Source: Deltaproteobacteria bacterium
GTDB taxonomy: Bacteria; Desulfobacterota; Desulfobulbia; Desulfobulbales; JAJRZW01
NCBI GenBank assembly: GCA_024275015.1
Contig: JAJRZW010000047.1
Span: 36,328-100,327 of the forward strand
Reading direction: 5' to 3'
DNA: 64,000 nt
Positions 28,581 to 37,776 of the stretch are shown here, one piece after another (position 1 is the first letter of the stretch; each line of letters starts with the position of its first letter). A model generated the notes under the pieces. It worked only from the letters and a program-made list of their open reading frames with translations, did no database searches and had not been told where the DNA came from. The position numbers and the translations under genes are program-made.

Positions 28581-28797
28581 ATCAACAGTCAGGCTAATGA
28601 AATCCCAAATAAGGTCTTTTGTCCACCATTATCCGGGCAATCCAGTGGCCATCGTCAAGTGAATTACGCCCATCCTGACTAATTTTAACCTTGCGAAGCG
28701 GGAACAAAACGGCAATAGATATATTAATGAAGGGAAACGATGATCTTGGAAAAGTCATCGTATCGCTTTACCGTGGAATCGAGGTAATGGAAGGCCT

Positions 28798-29718
28798 ATG
28801 GAAAGTTTGAAAGGAATATGGGCCGTTGGCGGCGGCAAGGGTGGGGTGGGCAAAAGCTTTATCGTCAGCACCATCGGCACCGTCCTCGCCCGGCGCGGCA
28901 ACCGCGTCCTTCTGGTTGACGCCGATCTCGGCGGCGCCACCCTGCACCATTTCCTCGGGATGAAGAGATCGGTGGTTTCTCTGTCGGATTTCTTCGACCG
29001 CGGTATCGATCTCAAGGATCTGGTGAGCGAAACCTCGCTCCCCGGCCTTGATTTCATCCGCGGCCACAAGTCAAGCCTGGGTTCGGAAAACGTCAATTAC
29101 GCCCAAAAAAACAAGTTTCTCCGCCACCTGAAACAACTGGCAGCCGAATATCTGGTTCTGGTGGATCTGGGCGCCGGTTCAAGCCACAATATCATCGACA
29201 CCTTTCTAACCGCCGACCTCATGGCCTTGGTGATCGTCCCTGAAATCATTGCGGTTGAAAACATGTACTCCTTTTTAAAAAACGCTCTGTTCCGCAAACT
29301 GGTCGCCGGCCTGGGCGAGATAGGCCGCCAGCATGTCCTTATCGATACCTGGAAAAGGCGGCATGAAAACGGGATCAAGGGGTTCAAGGGACTGATAAGC
29401 AGGATGAGCAATCGCGACGATGAAATCGGCGAACGGATCCGTCGGGAAATTGAAAACTTCCGCATCCACCTGATCGTCAATCAGGCAAGGAACAATCAGG
29501 AAGCCATGGTCGGCAACGCGGTCAAAAGCGTCTGCCTCAAATACTTCGGGATCAACACCCTCTACTCCGGCTACGTTGAACACGACGAGTTCATCAGCCG
29601 TTGCGTCAACCGGCGTGAACTTTACCTCGAGTCCTACCCCGCCTCGCGCTGCGCCCGGGAGATAGAACGGCTTACCGACAACCTTTTAACCAACCGCCAG
29701 ATAAGCATCATCAGCTGA
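28798..29718 (+). CDS. MinD/ParA-family P-loop ATPase
   Basis: Deviant Walker A GGGKGGVGKS, followed by RVLLVDADLGG. 306 aa. Confidence 0.85.
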   Translation: MESLKGIWAVGGGKGGVGKSFIVSTIGTVLARRGNRVLLVDADLGGATLHHFLGMKRSVVSLSDFFDRGIDLKDLVSETSLPGLDFIRGHKSSLGSENVNYAQKNKFLRHLKQLAAEYLVLVDLGAGSSHNIIDTFLTADLMALVIVPEIIAVENMYSFLKNALFRKLVAGLGEIGRQHVLIDTWKRRHENGIKGFKGLISRMSNRDDEIGERIRREIENFRIHLIVNQARNNQEAMVGNAVKSVCLKYFGINTLYSGYVEHDEFISRCVNRRELYLESYPASRCAREIERLTDNLLTNRQISIIS

Positions 29719-29720
29719 CC

Positions 29721-30257
29721 ATGGATCGCGACGGGCTGAAAAAATATTTCGATGTCCTTGAGCTCGAAATCAACGCCTCGATCAACGAGATCCGCAACGC
29801 CTACATGCTGTTAAAAGAGGTGTACGGTGACCCGGAGTCGATTGTCACCGGTCCCCTGGCCGACGAAATGGAGGATGAAAATCACCAGGACATCCTCGAC
29901 CGTCTTGAGGAGGCCTATACCCGGCTCATCGCCGCCTTTGACCAGGACCGGGGTGAACCAAAACGGCAGCTTGAAAAGGTCTTGACCGACATCGACACCT
30001 ATGACGGTCCGGCACTGAAAAAAATCCGCCGTCGGCTCAAGGTCGATCTTAACGACATGGCCCTGGCCACCAGAATCCAGGTGCAGCACCTGATAAATAT
30101 CGAGGAAGAAAACTTCACCGCCCTGCCGGTGAGGGTTTATACCCGCGGCTTTGTCGCCAATTACGCCCGCCACCTCCATCTTGACGAAGAACGGGTGGTG
30201 AGTGATTACATGACCGGATTTTGCCGCCACGAAAAAGACAACAACGATGACTCATGA
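29721..30257 (+). CDS. J-like domain (no HPD) fused to RodZ-type HTH domain
   Basis: N-terminus YFDVLELEINASINEIRNAYMLLKEVYGDPES is J-domain-like but lacks HPD. C-terminus LKKIRRRLKVDLNDMALATRIQVQHLINIEEENFTALPVRVYTRGFVANYARHLHLD matches the RodZ cytoplasmic HTH pattern. The gene starts 3 nt after the ATPase stop. Confidence 0.6.
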   Translation: MDRDGLKKYFDVLELEINASINEIRNAYMLLKEVYGDPESIVTGPLADEMEDENHQDILDRLEEAYTRLIAAFDQDRGEPKRQLEKVLTDIDTYDGPALKKIRRRLKVDLNDMALATRIQVQHLINIEEENFTALPVRVYTRGFVANYARHLHLDEERVVSDYMTGFCRHEKDNNDDS

Positions 30258-30351
30258 GGGTCGTTTCCCCGTCCCGCTTGCTTTCCCACGCCTGCGAACA
30301 TATAATGATCTGATCCTTCACTACACGCCAACCAAAAAGAGACGAACCGAA

Positions 30352-31698
30352 ATGATGCACATTGGCTGGACCACCACCGCGACCATTGAAGAAGCTGAAA
30401 AACTTGCCCGTGATGCCATCCGCGACAAGGTTGCCGCCTGCGCCCAGATTGACGGGCCGATCACCTCGTTTTTCATCTGGGAATATGAACTAAAAAAAAT
30501 CCCGGAGTACCGGATCACCTTTAAATTCGTCAGCGATCATTCTGAAAAGATTTCCGCCTGGATTCGCGAACACCATCCCTATAACACCCCGGAATGGCTG
30601 ACCGCGGTCTGTGAAAACATCGCCCCCGATTATCTCCTCTGGGCCCGCAGGGTGCAGGGTAGCAACGCCGGCGCCCCGGCCCGGGGCGAAAACGCCATCA
30701 GCCTGTCGAAAAAAGGGACCCAGCTGCTCAAGGCGCGGAAGTACAGCGAGGCCGAGGACGTACTGCTGGCCGCCTGCGAAATCGACCCGGAAAACCCCTA
30801 TATTCTCGTGGGTCTCGGCGACCTCTACCGGGAGCAGAAAAAATTCGACCGCGCCATCAGTCATTACGAAAAGCTCCTCCGGGTTGAGGCCGACAATGTC
30901 TTCGCCCTCCGGGGCATCGGCGACGCCCACCGGGGGCTCAACCTCCACGAGGAGGCCATTGTCTACTGGAAGCATTACCTCGAATGCAACCCCAAAGACC
31001 TGCAGGTAATGACCCGGGTGGGCGATTCCTATAAAAAGCTTAAAAACATCAAGAAATCAGAAGAATACTACCTCAAGGCCCTGAACGTTGACCCTGACGA
31101 CCGCTACGCCCTCCTCGGTATCGGCACCCTGTACTATAAATCGGAGCGGGACGAGAAGGCCCTGAAATACCTTGAACATCTCCTCAGTATTGACAACCAT
31201 TATGTCGCGGTCCTGACCATGGTCGGCAATATCTACCGTCGCCGGCAGGAATTCGACCGGGCCATCGCCGCCTATATGAAGGCGACGGAGTACGAACCCG
31301 GCAACACCTTTGCCCTGTACGGCCTGGGCGACTGTTACCGCTGGAAACAGGATTTCGACCAGGTAATAAACTGGTGGGGTAAAATTCTCGAAAAGGAACC
31401 GAAAAATCAGGTGATGCACTCCAGGGTCGGAGACGCGATGTTAAACACCGGCCGCTTTGACCAGGCGATGAAACACTATGAAAAGAGCCTCGCCATCCGT
31501 TTTGATCCCTACGCCCTGATGGGGATGTCAAAGATATACCGCAGCCGCAACGAGTTTGACCAGGCCATGGACTGCTGCGCCCGCATACTCTCGGAACTGC
31601 CGGAACACGAGCGGGCCCGAACCGAACTGGCCGAGGTATGCCGGGCCATAGGCGAACCGGAGCGGGCCGAGGTCATCCTCCGCGAACTCAGGGGATAA
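30352..31698 (+). CDS. CutA1-like domain fused to multi-TPR region
   Basis: From MMHIGW: a CutA-like N-terminus (AACAQIDGPITSFFIWEYEL...HPYNTPEW) followed by about 9 TPR repeats. Confidence 0.8.
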   Translation: MMHIGWTTTATIEEAEKLARDAIRDKVAACAQIDGPITSFFIWEYELKKIPEYRITFKFVSDHSEKISAWIREHHPYNTPEWLTAVCENIAPDYLLWARRVQGSNAGAPARGENAISLSKKGTQLLKARKYSEAEDVLLAACEIDPENPYILVGLGDLYREQKKFDRAISHYEKLLRVEADNVFALRGIGDAHRGLNLHEEAIVYWKHYLECNPKDLQVMTRVGDSYKKLKNIKKSEEYYLKALNVDPDDRYALLGIGTLYYKSERDEKALKYLEHLLSIDNHYVAVLTMVGNIYRRRQEFDRAIAAYMKATEYEPGNTFALYGLGDCYRWKQDFDQVINWWGKILEKEPKNQVMHSRVGDAMLNTGRFDQAMKHYEKSLAIRFDPYALMGMSKIYRSRNEFDQAMDCCARILSELPEHERARTELAEVCRAIGEPERAEVILRELRG

Positions 31699-31739
31699 CA
31701 CCGTGGCCGTGATATCTGGCCCCCTCAACCCTGACGGAA

Positions 31740-31835
31740 TCGTAACAAGTATCTCAAACGGAAGCTGGTTCACGTAATTTCAACAGGTTAGCAGCGCGAT
31801 TGCCGTTGGCCCGCAATTTATTGCGAGGCCAACAA
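31740..31835 (-). repeat. REP-C copy (96 bp)
   Basis: The reverse complement aligns end to end with 20345-20441. The terminal ~37 and 25 nt are near-identical and the centre is divergent. Confidence 0.8.
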
Positions 31836-31924
31836 CCCTGATAAACTTAATATTCACGGCTGAAACCTTTTCTGATTGCGATTACCTCCTTGATTTATCG
31901 AAAAAATACTTCCGTCGCAAACCG

Positions 31925-34813
31925 CTATTCCGCCTTTTTGTTTTTGCCTTCGGAGTTGTAAAAAACATCGAGGGCCTTACGGTATCTTCGATTCAGGAGC
32001 TGGTCCTGCTGCCGATCCACCGGGCCGATCTTCCGCCATTGCTGCTGGATTTTTTTTATTTCCTCTTTTCTGCCCCGCCCCGAATCCGAGGCAATGGCAT
32101 TGCCCTGCATCGCCTGTTGCAAGGCCGCGGCAAGGGCCGAGGCATCGGTTTCGGCCAAAGATTTTTCCGTGGTCGTTCCGGCCAGATTTTCAAGTCTGAC
32201 ACACAGGGTCTCCTTGCGCTTGAGGTTGACGGCCCGCTCGGTATGAAGTTCATCAATCCGCTCACGGTGACCGCTGAAAAAGATGTCACAGGTGTTTTTA
32301 AGGCGCTGGAGCAAATCTCTTTCCGTGTCAGGCGCGGCCGGAGGAATTTTCCCCCACTCCTCCTGCAGCTCCTTCATGGCCGCGGCGACCTCTTTTTCAT
32401 TCACACCGCCTGCGGCCAGTTCCTCGGCCCGGTAACAGAGTTCAAGTTTGCGCTGTCCGTTTTTCTCCTGCTCCTGATCCAGACCGGAAAAAAACTGATT
32501 ACAGGCGGCCTTGAACTCCTGGAGCAAATTGTCGCTTGCATCACGCGGAACCGGGCCGATCTTTTTCCACTGCCGCTGCAGTTCCCGGACTTCTGCCGCA
32601 GCGGTCGTATGGTCATCTCCGCCGACAAGCTCCAGGGTCCGGGCGATTATTTTTTCCTTTGCCGCCTGGTTTCCTTTCCGCCGTTGGTCAAGCCAGGAAA
32701 AATAACGATCACAGGCGGCGCGGAAGCGTTTCCACACCTCGGGGTCATGACTTTTGGGCACCGGTCCGATCTTTTTCCACTGCTTCTGAAGCGCGGTAAA
32801 TCTGCGGCTCATATCCCAGTCCGGCTCTTCCGCCAGTTTTTCCGCCTCCTCACATAGGATGAGCTTCTGCTCGAGGTTTTTTTTCCGTTGTTTTTCCCGG
32901 GACTCAAAATCCTGATGACGGCGGGCAAAAAATTGATTACAGGCGTGACGGAATTCCTTGTATATCCTGAAATCCTGGCGATCAACGCCAATGCCGTCCT
33001 CTTTCCATTGCGCCTGCATTTTCTTCAGTTCCGCGGAAGCAGCGGCAAAATCATCACTCCGGCAAAGTTCCAGGGCGCGATCAAGAAATTCCTGATGCTG
33101 TCGGCGTATTTGTCGGCGTTTTTCCTTTCTTTCGGCAAGCAGGGGACGGCAGCGCTCAAAATTACGTTCACAGGCGAGATGAAATCGCTGCCACAGTCTT
33201 TCAGATTCCCGCCGGGGGACGGCGCCGACCTCTTTCCACTGCCGCTGCAGGGCGCGGATACAATCATAAACCACGGCCGTATCCCCGGCCGCGTCAAGGG
33301 CCTCGGCCTCGCGGGCCAACCGTTCCTTAACGGTAAAATTGGCCCACAGACGCCACTCCTGCTCGTGGATAAATTCCTGGTGACAGGCATGAAATTTTTC
33401 CAGGGCCTGATGGTAACGCTGCTCAAACTCCCTGGCCCGGTCATTGTTGCCCCGGTCAAGGCCGTGCCATTGGTCGCGAATCTCCCGGACACGGTTAGCA
33501 CCCTTGCTCCCCGGGGTTTCCCGGGACAGGCGTTCGATCTCGGCGCAAAGATCCTGCCGCTTGCTGTCAGCCTCGTCCCTGCGGCTCTGTGAATCCAGGT
33601 TCTCCCTGACCGCGGCGGCGGTTATCCGCTGCTCAAGGGCGGCCAGGTCAGCCTTGAAGGCAACAATATTTCCGAACCTGATCCGACTCGCGGCCACCGT
33701 GGTCTTTAAGGCCTCAAGACGGGTACGGGCCCTGGCCGGGGCGGATATCCCGTCGATGGCGGTAAGCTCATCCTCCCAGGCCGCCATGGTCTTTTCATCC
33801 TCCCGGGCAATCTTTTTTCTCTCAGCCCATTTTTTCCGCCCTTGACGAAAACGGCGTTCAAGGACTGCCGGGGGCGCAAGGGTGATGGCCGGGTCTTCAC
33901 CCATGCTCATCCAGCGGTCGGTCAGCCGGATATATTCTGCTTCATCCACCGGTTGCGGGGTCTCAAGCAAGGCCTCAATCCCCGCGCAGATTTCCTCATA
34001 GGCGGCAAGACAATGACGGTTGGCCGCCGCCTTTTCCGCCTGCTCGCGGCGATTTTTATCAATAACGGCAAATTTTTCAAAAAATTCCCGACTGATCCGG
34101 TCGAATTCAGCCCTCTTGTCCGCGGCAAGGTCTGCGGCCGCGGCGGCAAGTCCCCGCATCTCTTCCCGGGCCTGATCCCAATCGTCGGGTTTGAGCAGTT
34201 TTTCCGCCCGGGCCGGAAGGTCTTCTTCCTCCGAAGCTCCCGGGGCTGAATCAGGGGCAATGGCGGCCAGCCTTTCGGCCGCGAAACGACGAACATTACG
34301 ACTGTTGGCGTCATCGACCAGGGTGGCGAGAATGTCAGCGTTATTAATCCGCGCCACCACCTTGCCCCCGACCTCACGACCACAGGGGCCGGTGGCAATG
34401 GCGGCGAGATTTTTTTCTTCCTCCACCCGGGCCGCGGCGGCAAGACGAACCGCAACCGGAGCCGGGCCGTGACAGATCGCGGTCAGGGCCACCTCGTCCC
34501 TTATCGTCGCGACCATCGTGGCCCATTCCTCCGGGACCTTGTCCCGCGAAAGACTCCGGCAATAGAAACGGTCAAGCTGCTGCTGCAGGACCACGCCGAC
34601 AACGCCGTCAACGCCGGCGGCGAGAAGTTCGGTGATCAGGGCGGGGTCGTCAAGACGGCCGGCGGCGGCTGCACGCACCCGTTCTTCAGGATCATCGCGG
34701 ATAATCCCGGCAAGCTCAATGGCACTGATCTCAGGATCTTCGCTGACTGCCGCCAGACGCAATTCCGGATCACGTTGTTGCCATCCTGATTTTAGATTAG
34801 GAAAAATAGCCAT
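31925..34813 (-). CDS. DUF349 repeat protein (962 aa) with HEAT-like N-terminus
   Basis: About ten repeats of the DUF349 signature (QWKxIGPVPR...LWxRFxxACDxFF). Confidence 0.8.
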   Translation of the reverse strand: MAIFPNLKSGWQQRDPELRLAAVSEDPEISAIELAGIIRDDPEERVRAAAAGRLDDPALITELLAAGVDGVVGVVLQQQLDRFYCRSLSRDKVPEEWATMVATIRDEVALTAICHGPAPVAVRLAAAARVEEEKNLAAIATGPCGREVGGKVVARINNADILATLVDDANSRNVRRFAAERLAAIAPDSAPGASEEEDLPARAEKLLKPDDWDQAREEMRGLAAAAADLAADKRAEFDRISREFFEKFAVIDKNRREQAEKAAANRHCLAAYEEICAGIEALLETPQPVDEAEYIRLTDRWMSMGEDPAITLAPPAVLERRFRQGRKKWAERKKIAREDEKTMAAWEDELTAIDGISAPARARTRLEALKTTVAASRIRFGNIVAFKADLAALEQRITAAAVRENLDSQSRRDEADSKRQDLCAEIERLSRETPGSKGANRVREIRDQWHGLDRGNNDRAREFEQRYHQALEKFHACHQEFIHEQEWRLWANFTVKERLAREAEALDAAGDTAVVYDCIRALQRQWKEVGAVPRRESERLWQRFHLACERNFERCRPLLAERKEKRRQIRRQHQEFLDRALELCRSDDFAAASAELKKMQAQWKEDGIGVDRQDFRIYKEFRHACNQFFARRHQDFESREKQRKKNLEQKLILCEEAEKLAEEPDWDMSRRFTALQKQWKKIGPVPKSHDPEVWKRFRAACDRYFSWLDQRRKGNQAAKEKIIARTLELVGGDDHTTAAAEVRELQRQWKKIGPVPRDASDNLLQEFKAACNQFFSGLDQEQEKNGQRKLELCYRAEELAAGGVNEKEVAAAMKELQEEWGKIPPAAPDTERDLLQRLKNTCDIFFSGHRERIDELHTERAVNLKRKETLCVRLENLAGTTTEKSLAETDASALAAALQQAMQGNAIASDSGRGRKEEIKKIQQQWRKIGPVDRQQDQLLNRRYRKALDVFYNSEGKNKKAE

Positions 34814-34932
34814 AAGAACACTCCCGAAAACAAGAGGTTAACCGGAAAATAATCCCGGTGGAGAGGGCTTCCCTGCCGGGAAACCGGAGCCGGTTGCATG
34901 ATTGTAACGCCATCGACGTCCTTACAAATTCA

Positions 34933-35493
34933 TCAACGATAATAAAGCCAGATGAAAAAAAACGGCAGCAGCATCCCGAGGGCAAGGACCATGCCGCCGG
35001 GACCCATTATCCCCCGGGATCCGCCGCGGACCATGACCCCGGTCATGGCCAGAAGGACAAGGGCGACGCAATAGGTATCGGCAAAAAAAGTCCATAAGGC
35101 CCTGGGCTGGTTGAGATGAAGGAAATTAAGCCGCCGCAAAAGCGGCCGCGGCCGCTTCTCACGGATCTCAAGGGTCTTGGCCTCAAGGTCAACGGCCAGA
35201 GTTACCCCGGAAAACACCAGGCGGTATCTCCGTCCGTCACCGGGAATGATCCCCTTAAGATTCCCGCTGATCCCGGCCCTGTCGCCGAGATCACGAAAAT
35301 AGGCAAGACTTACCCCGGCGGCGGGCGGCGCCAGCGGCAGGGCGAGACGGCGGACCCTGACCATATAATCGGGATTGATCCGGCGGGAGTGGTTCAACGC
35401 CACCCCGCTCACGGCGTAAACCAGGGTCATACCGACGCAGGCATAGCCGAGATAACGATGGACAAGGTTATTATAGTGCCGCCATCCCCTCAT
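34933..35493 (-). CDS. PepSY-associated TM-helix family protein
   Basis: 186 aa. N-terminal HRYLGYACVGMTLVYAVSGVALNH and a C-terminal TM pair are typical of PepSY_TM proteins. Confidence 0.7.
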   Translation of the reverse strand: MRGWRHYNNLVHRYLGYACVGMTLVYAVSGVALNHSRRINPDYMVRVRRLALPLAPPAAGVSLAYFRDLGDRAGISGNLKGIIPGDGRRYRLVFSGVTLAVDLEAKTLEIREKRPRPLLRRLNFLHLNQPRALWTFFADTYCVALVLLAMTGVMVRGGSRGIMGPGGMVLALGMLLPFFFIWLYYR

Positions 35494-35504
35494 GTCCTGC
35501 CCCT

Positions 35505-35556
35505 TATCAGGCCGTTGAAAAACGGGTTGCGCGCGACTTTTTCAACGGCCTGTTAT
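35505..35556. repeat. mini-HCE: outer stem only (perfect 15-bp stem)
   Basis: TATCAGGCCGTTGAAAAA-CGGGTTGCGCGCGAC-TTTTTCAACGGCCTGTTAT. Confidence 0.75.
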
Positions 35557-35659
35557 ATGGTGATAATCCAGAAAATACCCTTGCCTGTAAAGTCATAGTA
35601 GCGGCAAAAGTCGACCACGACAAGGCAGGGTAAAATTTTCATCTTCCCGTTTATTATCT

Positions 35660-35668
35660 TGGTATAAT
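35660..35668 (+). promoter_or_regulatory. extended -10 element (TGGTATAAT) 8 nt upstream of the histidine kinase ATG
   Basis: TGgTATAAT at 35660-35668 and ATG at 35677. There is no Shine-Dalgarno in between. Confidence 0.35.
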
Positions 35669-35676
35669 AACTCGTT

Positions 35677-37776
35677 ATGAGTGAGGAAGAAAAAACGTAT
35701 CAGCCCGGGACAGACAAAGATCAGCGCATTGAGGCCCTGTACCACATCAACCTTGAAATCAGCCGTTCTCTTTCCCCCGCCGGGGTGGTGAAGGCGTCCC
35801 TGGACGGCATCGACCGGATTATAAAGCCGGATTCGGTCATGATCTATCTCCGCAACGGCGATAAACTCCTCCTGTTCGACGCCCGTCATGTAAAAGGCCA
35901 GAGTATTCCGATCCTCCCGGAAACCAAGGATATCGGGGTCTGCCTCTGCGGCCTTGCCGGTACCGGCGAAACCATTTTCTCCACCGACATAAGCACAGAC
36001 CCCCGCTGCCGTCTGCACGAATGCAGCGAAGCCGGAATGGCATCCTTTGCCGCCCTGCCCCTTAAAAGCGGGGCCGAGGTCATCGGCGTTCTCGGTCTGG
36101 CAAGCCAGGATCCCCGTGATTTCGCGGCTGAAAGTGAATTTATCACCGCCATTGCCGGCCTGGTCTCGGTGGGGCTGAAAAACGCCCTGCTCCATGAACA
36201 GGTAACCACCCAGGCCCGGGAACTTGAGGAACGGATCACGAGCCAGGAAGAGGCGGAAGCGGCAGTGGTCGCGGAAAAGAACAAACTGGAGGCGGTGCTC
36301 TCCGCCATACAGGACGGAATCACGGTCCAGGACCGCGATTTCCGTATCATATATCAGAATCATATCCACCAGGAAAAAATCGGCGACCACCAGGGTGAAT
36401 ACTGCTACCGCGCCTATTACGACAGGAATCAGGTCTGCGTTGACTGCCCTCTGTCCCAGGCCTTTACCGACGGTCGGATCCACCATTACCAGACCTGCTA
36501 CCAGGGCGATGACGGCGAGGTCTGTCTCGAAATCTCCGCCTCGCCCGTCCGTGACGCCGGTGGCGAGATCGTCGCCGGGGTCGAGGTGGTCCGTGACGTC
36601 ACCGAGGCAAAACAGCTTGCGGCCCAGCTCCTTCAGGCCCAGAAAATGGAGTCCATCGGCCGCCTTGCCGGCGGTATCGCCCATGATTTCAACAACGTCC
36701 TGACCACGATCATGGGCTATTCCGAGCTGGCGATGCTCCGTTTCGGCCCCGAAGACCAGGACACCCTGAACGATCTCGAACAGATCCGCAGCGCCGGGGA
36801 AAAAGCGGCGATCCTCACCCGGAAGCTCCTCACCTTTTCCCGCAAACAGGCACTTGTCTCCACCGCGGTAAACATAAACCTTCTCGTGGAAAACCTGAGT
36901 CGGATGCTGAAACGGATGATCGGCGAGGATGTGATCCTTGATCTCCGTCTCGGCGAGGGAATCGCCGCGATAAAGGGTGATCCGGCTCAGCTCGAACAGG
37001 TATTGATGAATCTGGCGGTCAATGCCCGCGACGCCATGCCCGCCGGCGGCCACCTGCACATCGAGACCCGCCGGGTTGACATCGACGCCGACAGCAACAT
37101 AAGTCGCGGCGAACTTGTGCCGGGACCATATGTGATGCTGGCGGTGGCCGATGACGGCTGCGGAATGGATCCGAAGGTGCGGGAAAAGGTCTTTGAGCCC
37201 TTTTTTACCACCAAGGAGGTGGGCAAAGGTACCGGACTCGGGCTGGCAACGGTATTCGGCATCGTCAAACAACATAAGGGCGGGATCCACCTTTACAGCG
37301 AACCAGGCCACGGCACCACCTTCAAGATCTATTTCCCCCTTGACAACGGGACGGCGACGACGGCAAAGGAAGAGGAGCCACTGCTCACGGCCATGGTCGG
37401 CGGCCACGAGACCATCCTCGTGGTCGACGACGAGCCGGTGATCCGGGCCCTGGTGGTGGATACCCTCGCCCCCCTGGGCTACCGGATCTTCGGCGCCGCG
37501 TCCGGGGCCGAGGCCCTTGAACTGCTGGAAAAGCCCCAGGTGGAGATTGATCTCCTCTTAAGCGACATCATCATGCCGAGGATGCACGGGGCCGAGCTGG
37601 CCCGGCGGGTGAAAGAGATCTACCCCGGGATCAAGGTGATTTTCATAACCGGCTATCTCGACAGCTCAGTACGGAAGGGGATGGATCCGGAAGCGACGGT
37701 ATTGATGAAACCCCTGTCGCCCTCAAGGTTAGCGGCCAATATCCGCCGGGTACTTGACAGCGGAATTCACGGCTGA
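35677..37776 (+). CDS. hybrid sensor histidine kinase (GAF-PAS-HisKA-HATPase-REC)
   Basis: H-box [10 protein letters not shown]-boxes (GTGLGLA), and a C-terminal receiver (VVDDEP...LLLSDIIMP...KP). The PAS-like region carries the Cys cluster [16 protein letters not shown]. Confidence 0.93.
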   Translation: MSEEEKTYQPGTDKDQRIEALYHINLEISRSLSPAGVVKASLDGIDRIIKPDSVMIYLRNGDKLLLFDARHVKGQSIPILPETKDIGVCLCGLAGTGETIFSTDISTDPRCRLHECSEAGMASFAALPLKSGAEVIGVLGLASQDPRDFAAESEFITAIAGLVSVGLKNALLHEQVTTQARELEERITSQEEAEAAVVAEKNKLEAVLSAIQDGITVQDRDFRIIYQNHIHQEKIGDHQGEYCYRAYYDRNQVCVDCPLSQAFTDGRIHHYQTCYQGDDGEVCLEISASPVRDAGGEIVAGVEVVRDVTEAKQLAAQLLQAQKMESIGRLAGGIAHDFNNVLTTIMGYSELAMLRFGPEDQDTLNDLEQIRSAGEKAAILTRKLLTFSRKQALVSTAVNINLLVENLSRMLKRMIGEDVILDLRLGEGIAAIKGDPAQLEQVLMNLAVNARDAMPAGGHLHIETRRVDIDADSNISRGELVPGPYVMLAVADDGCGMDPKVREKVFEPFFTTKEVGKGTGLGLATVFGIVKQHKGGIHLYSEPGHGTTFKIYFPLDNGTATTAKEEEPLLTAMVGGHETILVVDDEPVIRALVVDTLAPLGYRIFGAASGAEALELLEKPQVEIDLLLSDIIMPRMHGAELARRVKEIYPGIKVIFITGYLDSSVRKGMDPEATVLMKPLSPSRLAANIRRVLDSGIHG

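Noticed and set aside
28727-28810. 27-codon ORF (MKGNDDLGKVIVSLYRGIEVMEGLWKV) just upstream of, and overlapping, the MinD-like gene start
   Set aside because: No RBS and no recognisable family, and it is too short to support from sequence alone. It could be a leader peptide, but there is no evidence for that.
35593-37407. 604-aa ORF on the minus strand
   Set aside because: It is antisense to the histidine kinase, whose domains (H-box, G-boxes, receiver) are unmistakable. The antisense product has no recognisable motif and is a typical GC-rich shadow ORF.
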